Shown piece after piece: positions 1 to 11,567 of a DNA stretch of 64,000 nucleotides. Location: NCBI GenBank assembly GCA_002269645.1, contig NIVC01000597.1:175553-239552 (forward strand), in the 5' to 3' direction. The position numbers and the translations under genes are program-made. The notes below the pieces were generated by a model. That model saw only the letters and a program-made list of their open reading frames with translations. It was not told where the DNA came from and searched no databases. Position 1 is the stretch's first letter, and the number at the start of each line of letters is the position of its first letter. This DNA comes from Macrostomum lignano. Taxonomy: Eukaryota.

Positions 1-870
1 AGGGCGATTTCTGAGAGTGAATGGCGCTTTCTGAGAGTGAAAGACGATTTCTGAGAGTGAATGGCGCTTTCTAGGAGTGAATAGCGATTTCTAAGAGTGA
101 AAGTAGATTTCTGAGAGTGAAGGTCGATTTCTAAGAGTGAAAGGCGATTTCTTAGAGTGAAGGGCGATTTCTGAGAGTGAAAAGAATTTTTGTGTGTGAA
201 TGGGCGATTTCTGAGAGTGAAGGGCGCTTTCTGAGAGTAAATGGCGATTTCTGAGAGTGAATGGCGATTTCTGAGAGTGAAAGACGATTTCTGAGAGTGA
301 AAGACGATTTCTGAGAGTGAAAGACGATTTCTGAGAGTGAAGGGCGCTTTCTGAGAGTAAATGGCGATTTCTGAGAGTGAATGGCGATTTCTGAGAGTGA
401 AAGACGATTTCTGAGAGTGAAGGGCGCTTTCTGAGAGTAAATGGCGATTTCTGAGTGAAAGTCGATTTCTGAGAGAGAAAGGCGATTTCTTAGAGTGAAG
501 GGCGATTTCTGAAAGTGAAGGGCGATTTCTGAGAGTGAAAGGCGACTTTGAGAGTGAAAGGCGATTTCTGAGAGTGAAGGGCGATTTCTGAGAGTGAAAG
601 GCGACTTTAAGAGTGAAAGGTGATTTCTGAGAGTGAAAGGCGACTTTGAGAGTAAAAGGTGATTTCTGAGAGTGAAGGGCGATTTCTAGGAGTGAAGGGC
701 GCTTTCTGAGAGTGAAAGACGATTTCTGAGAGTGAAGAGCGCTTTCTGAGAGTGAAAGACGATTTCTGAGAGTGAAGAGCGCTTTCTGAGAGTGAAAGGT
801 GATTTCGGAGAGTAAAGGGTGATTTCTGAGAGTGAAGGGTGATTTCTGAGACTGAAGGGTGATTTCTAAG
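1..870. repeat. Minisatellite, 20-bp unit (GGCGATTTCTGAGAGTGAAA), truncated by window start
   Basis: About 40 degenerate tandem copies read directly. Confidence 0.95.
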
Positions 871-1420
871 AGCCTAGTTCGTAGCGTAGACATTCTTGAC
901 AATTAAAAGACATTAAAGGGCATTCATATAATTAGTTTCAATCACAACAAATTATTCCACAAAAAAGCAATGGAATATATTTCACAATTAAAACAAAACA
1001 TACATCTTAGGTTTGCTTGCGCTGAAACAATGATGTTTAATGTTAATGCTTTTGAATCACTATTAATACTAATAAGAGTACTATTACTGTACAGCAATAT
1101 AATATTGTATTATCTTCGTAGATTTCACAAAAGACATCTAAAATATTTTTGGCAATAAAAATTAATCCGCATACAATTATATTAAACAATTAACTGATAA
1201 TGGTCAGTGATATTCTACCTGTACCTGATTGTACGGAATGATAAATTAAAAGGTAATTAATTTACAAAATGCATGCCTAAATCTAATAATTAATATATTC
1301 ATCATTTTAAGACAATATTCAACATTCATTTTCGCCTTATTTGGGGTTTCGGCCGATACAGCATCTAGTGTAAAATAAAGTTATTAGCTTAAAAGCAATA
1401 CTAGTGTGAAAATTTCATCA

Positions 1421-2092
1421 GGGATTAGAGACTGAAGGATTGGGGATTAAAGACTGAAGGATTAGGGATTGGAGACTAAAGGATTAGGGATTAGAGAATG
1501 AAGGATTAGGGATTAGAGACTGAAGGATTAGAAATTAGAGACTGAAGGATTAGGGATTAGAGACTGAAGGATTAGGGATTAGAGACTGAAGGATTAGGGA
1601 GGGATCAGAGACTGAAGGATTAGGGATTAAAGACTGAAGGATTAGGGATTAGAGACGGATGATTAGGGATTAAAGACTGAAGGAGTAGGGATTACAGACT
1701 GAAGGATTAGGGATTAGAGACGGATGATTAGGGATTAAAGACTGAAGGAGTAGGGATTACAGACTGAAGGATTAGGGATTAAAGACTGAAGGATTAGGGA
1801 GGGATCAGAGACTGAAGGATTAGGGATTAAAGACTGAAGGATTAGGGATTAGAGACGGATGATTAGGGATTAAAGACTGAAGGAGTAGGGATTACAGACT
1901 GAAGGATTAGGGATTAGAGACGGATGATTAGGGATTAAAGACTGAAGGAGTAGGGATTACAGACTGAAGGATTAGGGATTAAAGACTGAAGGAGTAGGGA
2001 TTAGAGACTGAAGGATTAGGGATTAAAGACTGAAGGATAAGGGATTAGTAGAGGCTGAAGGATTAGGGATTAGTAGAGACTGAAGGATCAGG
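1421..2092. repeat. Minisatellite, 22-bp unit (TAGGGATTAGAGACTGAAGGAT)
   Basis: Tandem copies read directly; contains internal ~200-bp higher-order duplication. Confidence 0.95.
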
Positions 2093-2217
2093 AACTACAT
2101 CAGTGCATTCTTTGAAAAAATATTGATATATAGAGTAGTGATAAAACAATTGGAATACAGCGAATGAAGACAACCAAAACTGACATGTATGCTATAGGTA
2201 TAGAACAGACTCTGACA

Positions 2218-2596
2218 GATATCACCTGACACACATCTAACTATCACCTGACACATAGCTATCACCTGACACACACCTAGCTATCATCGGACACACATCT
2301 AGCTATCATCTGACACACATCTAACTATCATCTGACACACTCCTAGCTATCACCTGACACACACCTAGCTATCATCTGACACACATCTAACTATCACCTG
2401 ACACTCCTAGCTATCACCTGACACACACCTAGCTATCATCTGACACACATCTAACTATCACCTGACACACACCTAGCTATCATTTGACACACACCTAGCT
2501 ATCATCGGACACACACCTAGCTATCATCTGACACACACCTAGCTATCAGTTGACACACACCTAGCTATCATTTGACACACACCTAGCTATCATCTG
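2218..2596. repeat. Minisatellite, 22-bp unit (CTAGCTATCATCTGACACACAC), overlapping the AFMID stop codon
   Basis: Tandem copies; the last unit contains the reverse complement of GAT GAT AGC TAG. Confidence 0.93.
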
Positions 2597-3640
2597 CGCT
2601 GTCAATAACGCCACCGCTGCGAATGAAGGCCAAGATGCGCTGGGACAGCGAATCAGCAGGGTCAGCCAGCAGTTCAATAATGTCAAAGTGATCCCGCTCG
2701 GGTACAATATTAACATCGGCCTGACGACCGTGCCGCCTGAGCAAGTCGCACAGTTCGCGACTTTGTCTAGTAAACTCGGGCGATTCTAGGGCACCAACGA
2801 TGGCAAGAATTGGCGCTCTCACGGGGCTGGCCAGGAGCTGCTGTTGAAGGCCGCGCATAGGGCTCAGCGCGGCAGCTCTGGCGGTGTTCATGCCCAGCGG
2901 ATGGTTCACGCTGGTTTTCACAAGCGGCATCAAATCAAATACGCCTGCGGGTCGGATCAGCAAGTAGCCATCAATCATATCAGCAAGTCATCAATCATAT
3001 CAGCAAGCCATCAATCATGTCAGCAAGTAATCAATCATGTCAGCAATTAGCTATCTATGGCGTCAGCAAGTAGCCATCAGTAAAGCAGTTTACCTGAGAT
3101 CGGCAACACGCCTTTAATAAGACCAGCCAATTCGCCCGGCCAATGCACACAAGCCCCGGCCGTCACGGCCAGATGTCCACCGGCCGAGTGTCCGGCCACA
3201 TAAACGCCGGACAAGCCGTCAGACCGAGCTCGCTCCAAACAGGCACGCAATCCGGTTTCAACCAGTCGAACAGTGTCCTCAATTGACACCGCGGGTACGC
3301 AATCGTAGCCTAGGCTAGCAAAATGCAGGCCATTGTTAACAAAGGTATCGGCCATGTGGCAGCACATTCTGGCAGTTAGTTCCGGTGTTTGCCAATAGCC
3401 GCCGTGGATAAACACAAACAGTGGTGACTTGGCATTGCCGCCGCTATCAGACGGGGTGAACCAATAGTACACCAATTCGTTGCTATCGCTCTGCCCATAC
3501 TGCACAATCTCCGGTTTTAATCGTTCAATTACTAACTCTGATTGTTCGCGTAATAATTTGAAATGCGCGTCAACTATTTTAGTTGGGTCCAAGCGCTTGG
3601 ACCAGTGACTGGGCAGGTAGGGAATATCACTGTCGGACAT
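2583..3640 (-). CDS. AFMID: Kynurenine formamidase (arylformamidase), alpha/beta hydrolase, 2 exons, ~302 aa
   Basis: Exons 3640-3094 and 2944-2583, phase-1 intron TCAG|GTAAAC...CCGCAG|GC. Motifs FIHGGYWQ (oxyanion), GHSAGGH (nucleophile), SGVFDL and C-terminal DHFDII. Confidence 0.9.
2965..3080. repeat. Short 20-bp tandem array (CATCAATCATATCAGCAAGT) in the AFMID intron
   Basis: 4-5 degenerate copies filling most of a 149-nt intron. Confidence 0.8.
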
Positions 3641-3834
3641 TGTTTTTAACGGTGATGTAGTTTTGCACACAACCGCTCTGAAGACTTGAACACGGTGTTT
3701 TTTAAGGGTGACCGACGTTTGGCATGAAGGCAACGGGGATTTGAGAATTTCTATGAGAAAATTGATTTTCGATCGGTATTATAAACATGTATCAGCGTCA
3801 CATGGCTTTGAAAAAAATGGGTAGCTTTGTAAGA

Positions 3835-5100
3835 AGTGTCAGTTGGATTTAAAAGTGTCAGCTAGTTTTAAAAAGGTGTCAGGTGGCTTTGAAAAAAGTG
3901 TCAGATAGCCTTATAAAAATGTCAGGTAGCTTTATAAAAATTGTCAGGTGGCTTTATAGCAATATCAGGTGACTTTGGAATGAGTGTCAGGTAGCTTTAT
4001 AAAAAGTATCAGGTAGCTTTATAAAAAGTATCAGGTAGCTTTATAAAAAGTGTCAGGTAGATTTAGAAAGTGTCAGGTGGATTTTAGAAAGTGTCAGGTG
4101 GATTTTAGAAAGTGTCGGGTGGATTTAGAAAGTGTCACGTGGATTTTAGAAAGTGTCACGTGGATCTAGAAAGTGTCACGTGGATCTAGAAAGTGTCACG
4201 TGGATTTAGAAAGTGTCAGGTGGATCTAGAAAGTGTCGGGTGGATTTAGAAAGTGTCGGGTGGATTTAGAAAGTGTCGGGTGGATCTAGAAAGTGTCGGG
4301 TGGATTTAGAAAGTGTCACGTGGATCTAGAAAGTGTCGGGTAGATTTAGAAAGTGTCACGTGGATTTTAGAAAGTGTCGGGTGGATCTAGAAAGTGTCGG
4401 GTGGATTTAGAAAGTGTCACGTGGATTTAGAAAGTGTCACGTGGATCTAGAAAGTGTCGGGTAGATTTAGAAAGTGTCACGTGGATTTTAGAAAGTGTCG
4501 GGTGGATCTAGAAAGTGTCGGGTGGATTTAGAAAGTGTCACGTGGATTTTAGAAAGTGTCACGTGGATTTAGAAAGTGTCGGGTGGATTTAGAAAGTGTC
4601 ACGTGGATTTAGAAAGTGTCACGTGGATTTTAGAAAGTGTCGGGTGGATCTAGAAAGTGTCGGGTGGATTTAGAAAGTGTCACGTGGATTTTAGAAAGTG
4701 TCACGTGGATTTAGAAAGTGTCACGTGGATTTAGAAAGTGTCGGGTGGATCTAGAAAGTGTCGGGTGGATTTAGAAAGTGTCACGTGGATTTAGAAAGTG
4801 TCGGGTGGATTTAGAAAGTGTCACGTGGATTTAGAAAGTGTCGGGTGGATTTAGAAAGTGTCGGGTGGATTTAGAAAGTGTCACGTGGATTTAGAAAGTG
4901 TCACGTGGATTTAGAAAGTGTCGGGTGGATTTAGAAAGTGTCGGGTGGATTTAGAAAGTGTCACGTGGATTTAGAAAGTGTCACGTGGATTTAGAAAGTG
5001 TCGGGTGGATTTAGAAAGTGTCACGTGGATTTAGAAAGTGTCACGTGGATTTAGAAAGTGTCGGGTGGATCTAGAAAGTGTCGGGTGGATTTTAGAAAAT
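3835..5100. repeat. Minisatellite, 20-bp unit (GTGTCACGTGGATTTAGAAA / GTGTCGGGTGGATTTAGAAA)
   Basis: Tandem copies; degenerate left edge grades into unique DNA. Confidence 0.95.
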
Positions 5101-5268
5101 GTCATATTTCTAGGGGAAGTATTATTTGGCTTTTTGAAAATGTGGCTAGGGGTTTCAGAAGACATGTCTAAGAGAGTTTCTAGGAAAGAAGTATTTTAAA
5201 AAACGTATTTCACTATCATGTACAATATCCTCACTTTGATTTCAAACACAACAACATTAAAAACCCAG

Positions 5269-5943
5269 TGGCAGCCGGCCATAGTGGACGTGGAAAGCAT
5301 GGCCCTGCCGGGCATCACCGACATCGGCTCGTCCTTCACCATGTACTACCGAATGCCTCTGTGGGGCTCGGTGCCCTACACCCAGACTGTCAGCTACGTT
5401 GAAGAAGGCAGAACTTTTGCTTACGAAAGCGACGGCCTAATGCGAGTGAAAACCAGCCTGACTGTGCGAACTAAATCCGACAAGGTCTGCTACATCCGGG
5501 TGCAGTTGGCTTCTGCCAGGACCAGCCTGCTGTTCCACGTGAGTGCGACAGAATTGTTGACGGTTTGTTAATGTTAACTCTGAGATTCTGAGAATGACAA
5601 TAATCTCAATGAGAATAACTGCCGAGATTCTTCCACTGAGAATAATTAACTCTCAAAGTCACATTTACTACGATCAACTCTCAAAATCTCACACTGAGAA
5701 TAATCAACCCTCAAAATCTCACACTGCGAACTATCAACCCTCAAAATCTCACACTGCGAACTATCAACCCTCAAAATCTCACACTGCGAACTATCAATCC
5801 TCAAAATCTCACAGTGACTCTGTTAATCCCTCACCCCACACGAATTGCAGTACGTGTTCCGGCCGCTACTAGGATTCTATTATCAAAACTGGGCAACGCA
5901 GTCACTGATCAACGTGAAGATGCACAACATGCACAATTTCTAA
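5269..5943 (+). CDS. Partial gene, probable SRPBCC/START-like (polyketide cyclase/dehydrase-type) ligand-binding protein; first exon not identified
   Basis: Exons 5269-5538 (CCCAG|TGG...CAC|GTGAGT) and 5851-5943 (TTGCAG|TAC...TAA) join in phase 0. WQPAIVDVE...GSSFTMYY...FAYES...terminal amphipathic helix fits the SRPBCC pattern by eye. Confidence 0.6.
5640..5815. repeat. 30-bp tandem array (CACACTGCGAACTATCAACCCTCAAAATCT) in intron
   Basis: About 5 copies. Confidence 0.85.
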
Positions 5944-6167
5944 CAAGGTGCAAATCGAACAGAGAGGACGTTCTAACAATCTGTTAGAAAAAAGTTACAA
6001 TACTATTGTGTACAACTAACTAATATATCTGATAGTAGTTAGGCAATGTTTATTAAAATATTTTATTATTAATTAGCTAACATGTCTGCATTCGAATGCT
6101 ACTTAAATGCAATTTAATACTACAACTAACTTCTGAAGCAATTAGAAGTCCATGGCTTAAGTACGCT

Positions 6168-7152
6168 CGTAATTAGGAGTCCATGGTTAAACCAATTAGG
6201 AGTCTGTGGTTAAACTAATTAGGAGTCTGTGGTTAAACTAATTAGGAGTCTGTGGTTAAACCAATTAGGAGTCCATGGTTAAACTAATTAGGAGTCCATA
6301 GTTAAACTAATTAGGAGTCTGTGGTTAAACCAATTAGGAGTCCATGGTTAAACTAATTAGGAGTCCATGGTTAAACGAATTAGGAGTCCATGGTTAAACT
6401 AATTAGGAGTCTGTGGTTAAACTAATTAGGAGTCCATGGTTAAACTAATTAGGAGTCCATAGTTAAACTAATTAGGAGTCTGTGGTTAAACTAATTAGGA
6501 GTCCATGGTTAAACTAATTAGGAGTCTGTGGTTAAACTAATTAGGAGTCCATGGTTAAACTAATTAGGAGTCTGTGGTTAAACCAATTAGGAGTCCATGG
6601 TTAAACTAATTAGGAGTCCATGGTTAAACTAATTAGGAGTCCATGGTTAAACTAATTAGGAGTCCATGGTTAAACTAATTAGGAGTCCATGGTTAAACTA
6701 ATTAGGAGTCTGTGGTTAAACTAATTAGGAGTCCATGGTTAAACTAATTAGGAGTCCATGGTTAAACTAATTAGGAGTCTGTGGTTAAACCAATTAGGAG
6801 TCTGTGGTTAAACCAATTAGGAGTCTGTGGTTAAACCAATTAGGAGTCTGTGGTTAAACCAATTAGGAGTCTGTGGTTAAACCAATTAGGAGTCTGTGGT
6901 TAAACTAATTAGGAGTCCATGGTTAAACTAATTAGGAGTCCATGGTTAAGCTAATTAGGAGTCCATGGTTAAACTAATTAGGAGTCCATGGTTAAACTAA
7001 TTAGGAGTCCATGGTTAAACTAATTAGGAGTCCATGGTTAAACTAATTAGGAGTCTGTGGTTAAACTAATTAGGAGTCTGTGGTTAAACTAATTAGGAGT
7101 CCATGGTTAAACTAATTAGGAGTCCATGGTTAAACTAATTAGGAGTCCATGG
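6168..7152. repeat. Minisatellite, 23-bp unit (TTAGGAGTCCATGGTTAAACTAA)
   Basis: About 42 near-identical tandem copies. Confidence 0.95.
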
Positions 7153-8019
7153 CAGAACTAAAAAGATGTCCATGACTGCAACATCGTCTGCCTATAAAGA
7201 TCTACAGCAGTTTTGTCACTTTTTTCAGGCATTCATTTCACATTTTATTTTATAGTAGGAATTCATTTTAGAAAAAAACATTTAAAAATCATGTATGTTT
7301 TCACAAAAAACTCTGATTATAAGTAACTTTAACCTTCTCCGTCCCCGCCTTTGAAACTGCTAATTCATGATACAAAATATACACAGCATCACTTTTGAAG
7401 AAGTTTTAACAACAATTTGTTCTCAAATTGCTCTTAATTCACCTAATTATTAATTTAACTCAAAGTTGTTTAATGTATGCACAACTAAAAATAAAGTTTA
7501 GAAAGAAACTGCAAACAAACATATTTTTACCAGCGCTTTTATTATATTTATTGAATATTCGCGACACACTACTTTGAACAGGCAATTCCAGCAGTAGCAT
7601 AACATGAATAAAAAATAATTAATTAATTAGAGACCAAACAAAAATCAAGCAAAGAAATTGATAGTAATTACACAATTTAGTTCGTAAATACACGTCCAAT
7701 GTACAGGCAGATTAAGAAATACAGTGGTTACTAAGAGAAATTCAGATAAGAAAAAGAACAGTAACACAAACTGTAAAAAAATAGCAGCGATAATGACATA
7801 TGCACAACAGTACTACTATTAGTAACTAGCTTGACACCGAGTTTTTTATTTAAAATGTTATTAATATGCGTTTTGAAACACTTATAACTGCAAAGCTTTC
7901 CTAGCAATTGTTTAAAATTCGAACGAATGCTATGGCTTACATGATAACAGCGAAATAAGATAGATGATAAACTTTTTGTGCTTTTTGGCTTAAACACAGC
8001 TTAACCTACTTTAGCAAGT

Positions 8020-8715
8020 GTCACATCTGAACTACTTAAACCAACCCTGACCTACTTAAACCAACCCTGACCTACTTAAACAACCCTGAACTACTTAAAC
8101 AACCCTGACCTACTTAAACAACCCTGACCAACTCTAACCAACCCTGACCTACTTAAACCAACCCTGACCTACTCTAACCAACCCTAACCTACTTAAACAA
8201 TCCTGACCTACTCTAACCAACCCTGACCTACTTAAACAACCCTGAGCTACTTAAACCAACCCTGACCTACTTGAACTAACCCTGACCTACTTGAACTAAC
8301 CCTGACCTACTTGAACTAACCCTAACCTACTTGAACTAACCCTAACCTACTTGAACTAACCCTTACCTACTTGAACTAACCCTGACCTACTTGAACTAAC
8401 CCTGACCTACTTGAACTAACCCTGACCTACTTGAACTAACCCTGACCTACTTGAACTAACCCTAACCTACTTGAACTAACCCTGACCTACTTGAACTAAC
8501 CCTGACCTACTTGAACTAACCCTGACCTACTTGAACTAACCCTGACCTACTTGAACTAACCCTGACCTACTTGAACTAACCCTGACCTACTTCAACTAAC
8601 CCTGACCTACTTGAACTAACCCTGACCTAATGGAACTAACCCTGACCTACTTGAAGTAACCCTTGCCTAGTCTAACGAACCCTGACCTATTTTAACGAAT
8701 CATGACCTATTTTAT
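8020..8715. repeat. Minisatellite, 20-bp unit (CCTGACCTACTTGAACTAAC)
   Basis: Tandem copies with degenerate edges. Confidence 0.95.
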
Positions 8716-8840
8716 ATAAAAACAACCATTAACTTATCTAACGATAACCAACCTTGAACTACTTTAAACAGCCAAAAACTGAAGCCACCATAGCTATCAT
8801 ATAGCAGTAACAAAATTTGCCTTAAGTCATCGAAATTCGT

Positions 8841-9773
8841 TTAAAAATCGCGTCCTGACCCGGCAACCCCAGCGGCAGCGCCGCCAGCATTGGACGAATG
8901 ACCGCCGACGCCGCCGCCGCGGCAGACATTCAACACGCGCATGGCGTCCGAATATCGCCGATCGTTGGCGCGCATAGCGCTGCACCAGCTGCGCCGAACC
9001 TCGCGCCACCTGTCCAGATGATCCAACAGCAGCTGCTCGGGCGCCGGGGCCAGCTCAGGCGCCCGATGAATGTCGAGACGTTCGTCCTCTGACGGCAGCG
9101 GGGCCGGTACGCGGACGCTGGAGTCCAATAGGCCGTCGTGAGCGGCGGGAAGGTCGAGCACAGCGCCCTGGTGCAGGCCGATCTCCTCAGACCGATGGTC
9201 GGGCAGGTCGCCCCACTTGGCTGCACAAATCAATGCGATTTTTTGGGCTATACAAAAAGTGGGATGTATTTATCCCACCGCTCACACCCATCCTCCCTGG
9301 AGTCCTATGCTAGACGCTGACTAGACAGTTACATAGACAGCAGACAGGAAGGAGGACAGGCATGCAGACAGACTGACTGACAGCAGTATCGCGACTTTCT
9401 TAAGTCATTCCTTCAATTCATCCGCACTCGCTTTTTTTCTCTCCCTCTCTGTCTTCTGATTGGCTCTTCAATCTCGCCTCTCTTTCCTTAGTCGCGCACT
9501 CCACCCCTCCTCGTCTTATCTTGCAATCAAACCTAACTCCTAGTTTATTGGCATGAATATACCCGTTTGGGCCTTGAGCCCCACTTACTACTGTCTGTCA
9601 GTTTTTTGTTTTCAACTCAAATTAAACCGTACTCTTATTTTCTTTAACACAGAGACGGAGAACTACAGACAGACAGGCTGACTTAGCTGCAGGGTGGTCT
9701 GTAGACACAGCGGGGAGGCGAGGGTCGCCCATTCCGCTATGACAGGCTGACACTAAGACAAGACACATAGTAT

Positions 9774-9809
<36 letters not shown>

Positions 9810-9914
9810 CTAAGGCAAGACACATAGTATGACAGACAGACAGACGGACACTAAGGCAAGACACATAGTATGACAGACAGACAGACAGACACAGACAGAC
9901 AGACACAGACAGGC

Positions 9915-9947
<33 letters not shown>

Positions 9948-10204
9948 CTAAGACAGAGACAGATAGACAGACAGACAGACACTAAGACAGAGACAGACAG
10001 ACACTAAGACAGAGACAGACAGACAGACAGACAGACACTAAGACAGAGACAGACAGACAGACACTAAGACAGAGACAGACAGACACTAAGACAGAGACAG
10101 ACAGACAGACAGACACTAAGACAGAGACAGACAGACAGACAGAGACACTAAGACAGAGACAGACAGATAGACAGACACTAAGACAGACAGACAGACACTA
10201 AGAC

Positions 10205-10297
<93 letters not shown>

Positions 10298-11567
10298 TAG
10301 TATATAGGACAGACAAGACGTTCTAGATAAATTGCAATTGAACCAAAGCTACATGTCTGTAAATATGTTAATCCCTTATTAATCTGGCCGCTCATTAGCA
10401 ACCTCAAATGGCAATTCTAAATGCGAAAGCCGGCATAATGCATGTATTCAAACACACACAGGTGAGCTACGGAACTCACTGGTATCAGACTTCTGGTCCC
10501 AGGCATTCAAATTGGCCACCCAAGCCCTGGCCATAGGATAGATCGGACAGCCGTCCGTGCGGCCCTCGGACATGTCCAGAAACGGTCCGAAATCCATCAG
10601 CCTGTCGAACAGTTTAATAATGAATTGCTCGCGCTGGTGCTTGCCCCCGGCGCCGTCCATTTCGCTGCGGGCGCGCAAATAGTCCTCGAAGTCGCCGACT
10701 CGACGGCCGCGCTTCCGGCCGGGCGTGGCCATGTGATCGTGCGACTGCGCTTCGCTGGGATTGGCCGCCGGCGGGATTATCTTGCTGTGTAATGGCGGGA
10801 AGGGTAGGGATTCAAGTCAGTTTTCAGCCACTGATGCAGCTGCCTTCAGTCACTCAGGCAGCTGCCTTCAGTCACTCATGCAGCTACAATCAGTCACTCA
10901 TGCAGCTGCCTTCAGTCACTCATGCTGTCATGCAGCTGCCTTCAGTCACTCATGCAGCTGCCTTCAGTCACTCATACAGCTGCCTTCAGTCACTCATGCA
11001 GCTACAATCAGTCACTCATGCAGCTACAATCAGTCACTCATGCAGCTACAATCAGTCACTCATGCAGCTACAATCAGTCACTCATGCAGCTGCCTTCAGC
11101 CACTCATGCAGCTGCCTTCAGCCACTCATGCAGCTGCCTTCAGTCACTCATGCAGCTGCCTTCAGTCACTCATGCAGCTGCCTTCAGTCACTCATGCAGC
11201 TGCCTTCAGTCACTCATGCAGCTGCCTTCAGTCACTCATGCAGCTGCCTTCAGTCACTCATGCAGCTGCCTTCAGTCACTCATGCAGCTGCCTTCAGTCA
11301 CTCATGCAGCTGCCTTCAGTCACTTATGCAGCTGCCTTCAGTCACTCATGCAGCTGCCTTCAGCCACTCATGCAGCTGCCTTCAGTCACTCATGCAGCTA
11401 CAATCAGTCACTCAGTATGGAAAGCTACACATAGCATATGTTAATAGTAAGTTTATAACATACAAATAGTAATTTTTGTCATACCATTTTTCGGGACAAT
11501 TCAATAGCGATTGAAGAGTGTCAGCAAACTCAGTGCGCGACGATTCAAGATCAGCAGAGCTGTGCAT
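8841..11567 (-). CDS. LIN37: LIN37 homolog (MuvB/DREAM complex subunit), 3 exons, ~255 aa
   Basis: Exons 11567-11485, 10784-10480 and 9220-8841 with matching phases 2 and 1. N-terminal [15 protein letters not shown]; [12 protein letters not shown]...[12 protein letters not shown] matches the LIN37 IKLFDR..DL...PLYPICRAW motif; C-terminal [11 protein letters not shown]...NDRRYSDAM matches the LIN37 RWKRIRQRW..N..RYS motif. Confidence 0.9.
9770..10297. repeat. (GACA)n microsatellite with interspersed GACACTAA units, LIN37 intron 2
   Basis: Read directly. Confidence 0.95.
10820..11415. repeat. Minisatellite, 22-bp unit (CAGCTGCCTTCAGTCACTCATG), LIN37 intron 1
   Basis: Tandem copies; explains the overlapping repetitive ORFs at 10761-11469. 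Confidence 0.95.

Noticed and set aside
1421-2092. TTAGGG within units (also 46660-47760) as interstitial telomere
   Set aside because: TTAGGG occurs singly inside longer units, never as tandem hexamers.
3641-3733. N-terminal extension of AFMID in the ORF track
   Set aside because: The ATG at 3640 gives a ~302-aa protein of normal family length; the extension has no support from the family pattern.
9660-9760. GC-rich patch in LIN37 intron 2 as an extra exon
   Set aside because: No phase-compatible acceptor and donor pair; the three-exon model already gives a full-length protein.
10761-11469. Long repetitive ORFs in arrays (also 20127-22979, 24338-25108, 29796-31097 upstream part, 35185-35971, 39760-40659, 43406-44326, 44953-45949, 59317-59865)
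   Set aside because: They are open only because the repeat unit lacks stops, are often open in several frames or strands, and lie within introns defined by phase-consistent splice sites.
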